Shown: piece after piece, positions 62,501-64,000 of the stretch
How the letters are laid out: every line of letters starts with the position of its first letter
How positions within the stretch are numbered: position 1 is the first letter of the stretch
Notes under the pieces: generated by a model
Seen by the model: only the letters and a program-made list of their open reading frames with translations
The model's database searches: none
What the model was told of the DNA's origin: nothing
Source: Catajapyx aquilonaris
Lineage: Eukaryota
DNA: 64,000 bases
Direction of reading: 5' to 3'
Assembly (NCBI GenBank): GCA_000934665.2
Contig: KZ538064.1
Coordinates: 62,001-126,000, forward strand
Position numbers and translations under genes: made by a program

Positions 62501-63728
62501 TTGCAGTGTTCCAGGTGATTTAAGGCTGTACTGTAACTCTCTTGGTCCAATTCCCTGCAGGCTATAGTCCCAATCTTATAGGAGGACAAACAGCGAAAAA
62601 ATAGTAAGGTGATGTCAACAGGTCGATTTAATTAATTTCCCGAGCGAAGGAGTTAAACCCGTAAGTTTGGCTTACGGATAATTACAGTATTAACTCCGAC
62701 CGAATCGTCAAGCTGGAAGGAAAATGAAACTCAGGGAACTGCAATCCAATGTCTATACCTTTCCTCCTTTTTTTCGTCTTTTTCAAATTGCAACACAAGT
62801 GTAATTAGTGTCAGATGTGCCGAAACCCCGTCTTCTTCATGCAGAAACCACGGAAGTTTCCTCGATTTGTTCATAACAACTGAAGAAGCGATTATTGCTC
62901 TTACAAGAGACAAACTTCTGAAACTTAAGGAGGAAAATATCTAATTAGCGTGAACCTCAACTGTTGATCTAGTGATCATCAAAACAGCTCATCCAAATGT
63001 AGCTCCATCGATTAATCGTCTGGAGGAGATAATCTCATCCTGAGGTGCACCCACGACTTCCGCGGGGTGTAATGACGACGGTTAATTATTTACCCAGCCT
63101 CAATTATTGAGACGTGTAATTACTGAACAACTGACAGGAGTTGCATCAAACGTGACTTGTACGCGAGACCTCCGGGAATGATCTAGCCTCAAGTGATTTT
63201 CCTCTCGGCAGAATTTACCAGGGGTTGTCCTGAGTGACAGAGGAAGTATGGACATGCCGCATGAAATTTTCTACCTTCGGCTATAATTACCGCGCTGGAA
63301 CAAGTTGACATGTCTGTCGCGCCAACAGGAGTTTGCAAACGCCCATTTTCCCATTATGGCGGCCCAGCTGGAATACAAAGCGAGAGCCCCGGACAAAATT
63401 CTGCCCCAGTTTGCGACCCGGTATAGTGTCACATTGAGAGCGACCTTGACCTCTAAAAAAAAGAAGCAAGAGACATTATTATCTGCTGGCACGGTGCTTG
63501 AGCCAATCTGATCCTTGTTGTCGGAGGAGAAACAAAAATTATGCAAGTTTCCCACCAGCAAATGCAGAGTTATATATACATTGGCGCCAACTCCACAGAT
63601 CGTAATGCAAGGCAATTTATCAGTCAATCTCTTAGAAACTAAGCACAGTCTGCAGGAAGCTGGAGTTTGGCCTGATTGAAAGCTTCCTCCCTAGTTTCTT
63701 TGAAAGGATCACTAATGAAAAGAACTGG

Positions 63729-63730
<2 letters not shown>

Positions 63731-63784
<54 letters not shown>
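63731..63784. repeat. (TC)27 microsatellite
   Basis: Read directly. Confidence 0.95.
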
Positions 63785-63790
<6 letters not shown>

Positions 63791-64000
63791 CACCCACCCA
63801 TCTTCCACACCCACTTCACCTCTTCCAACCATTCGTTTTCTTTTTCCGGCAACGTCGTTAACTTGGAAAAGAACGTATTGCCTTTGTCTGCAGGGAATAT
63901 TGAGCCTCTAGTTCTCTAGACGCACACGTGTCACTTTTTGCACCCCAAAAAAATTCAGACGTGTCTGGGTTCCCACGGGTAAATGCATAACATCTGTATT

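Noticed and set aside
1..64000. CRISPR arrays, rRNA, operons, conserved miRNAs
   Set aside because: No repeat-spacer arrays, rRNA motifs or prokaryotic gene organisation; no conserved miRNA recognised by eye (not an exhaustive search).

Overview
Animal (eukaryotic) genomic DNA, most likely from an invertebrate such as a non-holometabolous arthropod. This is an inference from the transposon types, the patchy CpG depletion and the short introns; the species cannot be identified from the sequence. Two protein-coding genes are supported, in divergent orientation. (1) A complete 12-coding-exon MCMBP gene (MCM complex-binding protein) on the minus strand, CDS join(32846..32789, 32047..31965, 31908..31726, 29738..29637, 29548..29270, 28999..28680, 27395..27228, 26460..26351, 18521..18388, 15419..15222, 14542..14454, 12699..12573), 1851 nt, 616 aa. 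Its intron 4 is a minor-spliceosome (U12) AT-AC intron. (2) The first two coding exons (TM1-TM6) of an alpha-1-adrenergic-receptor-type GPCR on the plus strand (55236..56126, 56284..56551); the TM7 exon is not in the window. Also present: a tRNA-derived SINE nested in a fold-back Tc1/mariner derivative, two MITEs, a possible Penelope-like relic, three long hairpins or palindromes, microsatellites, and a switch from CpG-poor to CpG-rich sequence inside MCMBP intron 8. Most ORFs in the supplied track look spurious. I found no evidence for a wholly new multi-gene system. The strongest leads are the invertebrate alpha-1-type receptor with its uORF and repeated loop motif, the AT-AC intron, and a possible regulatory block overlapping the 3' half of MCMBP.
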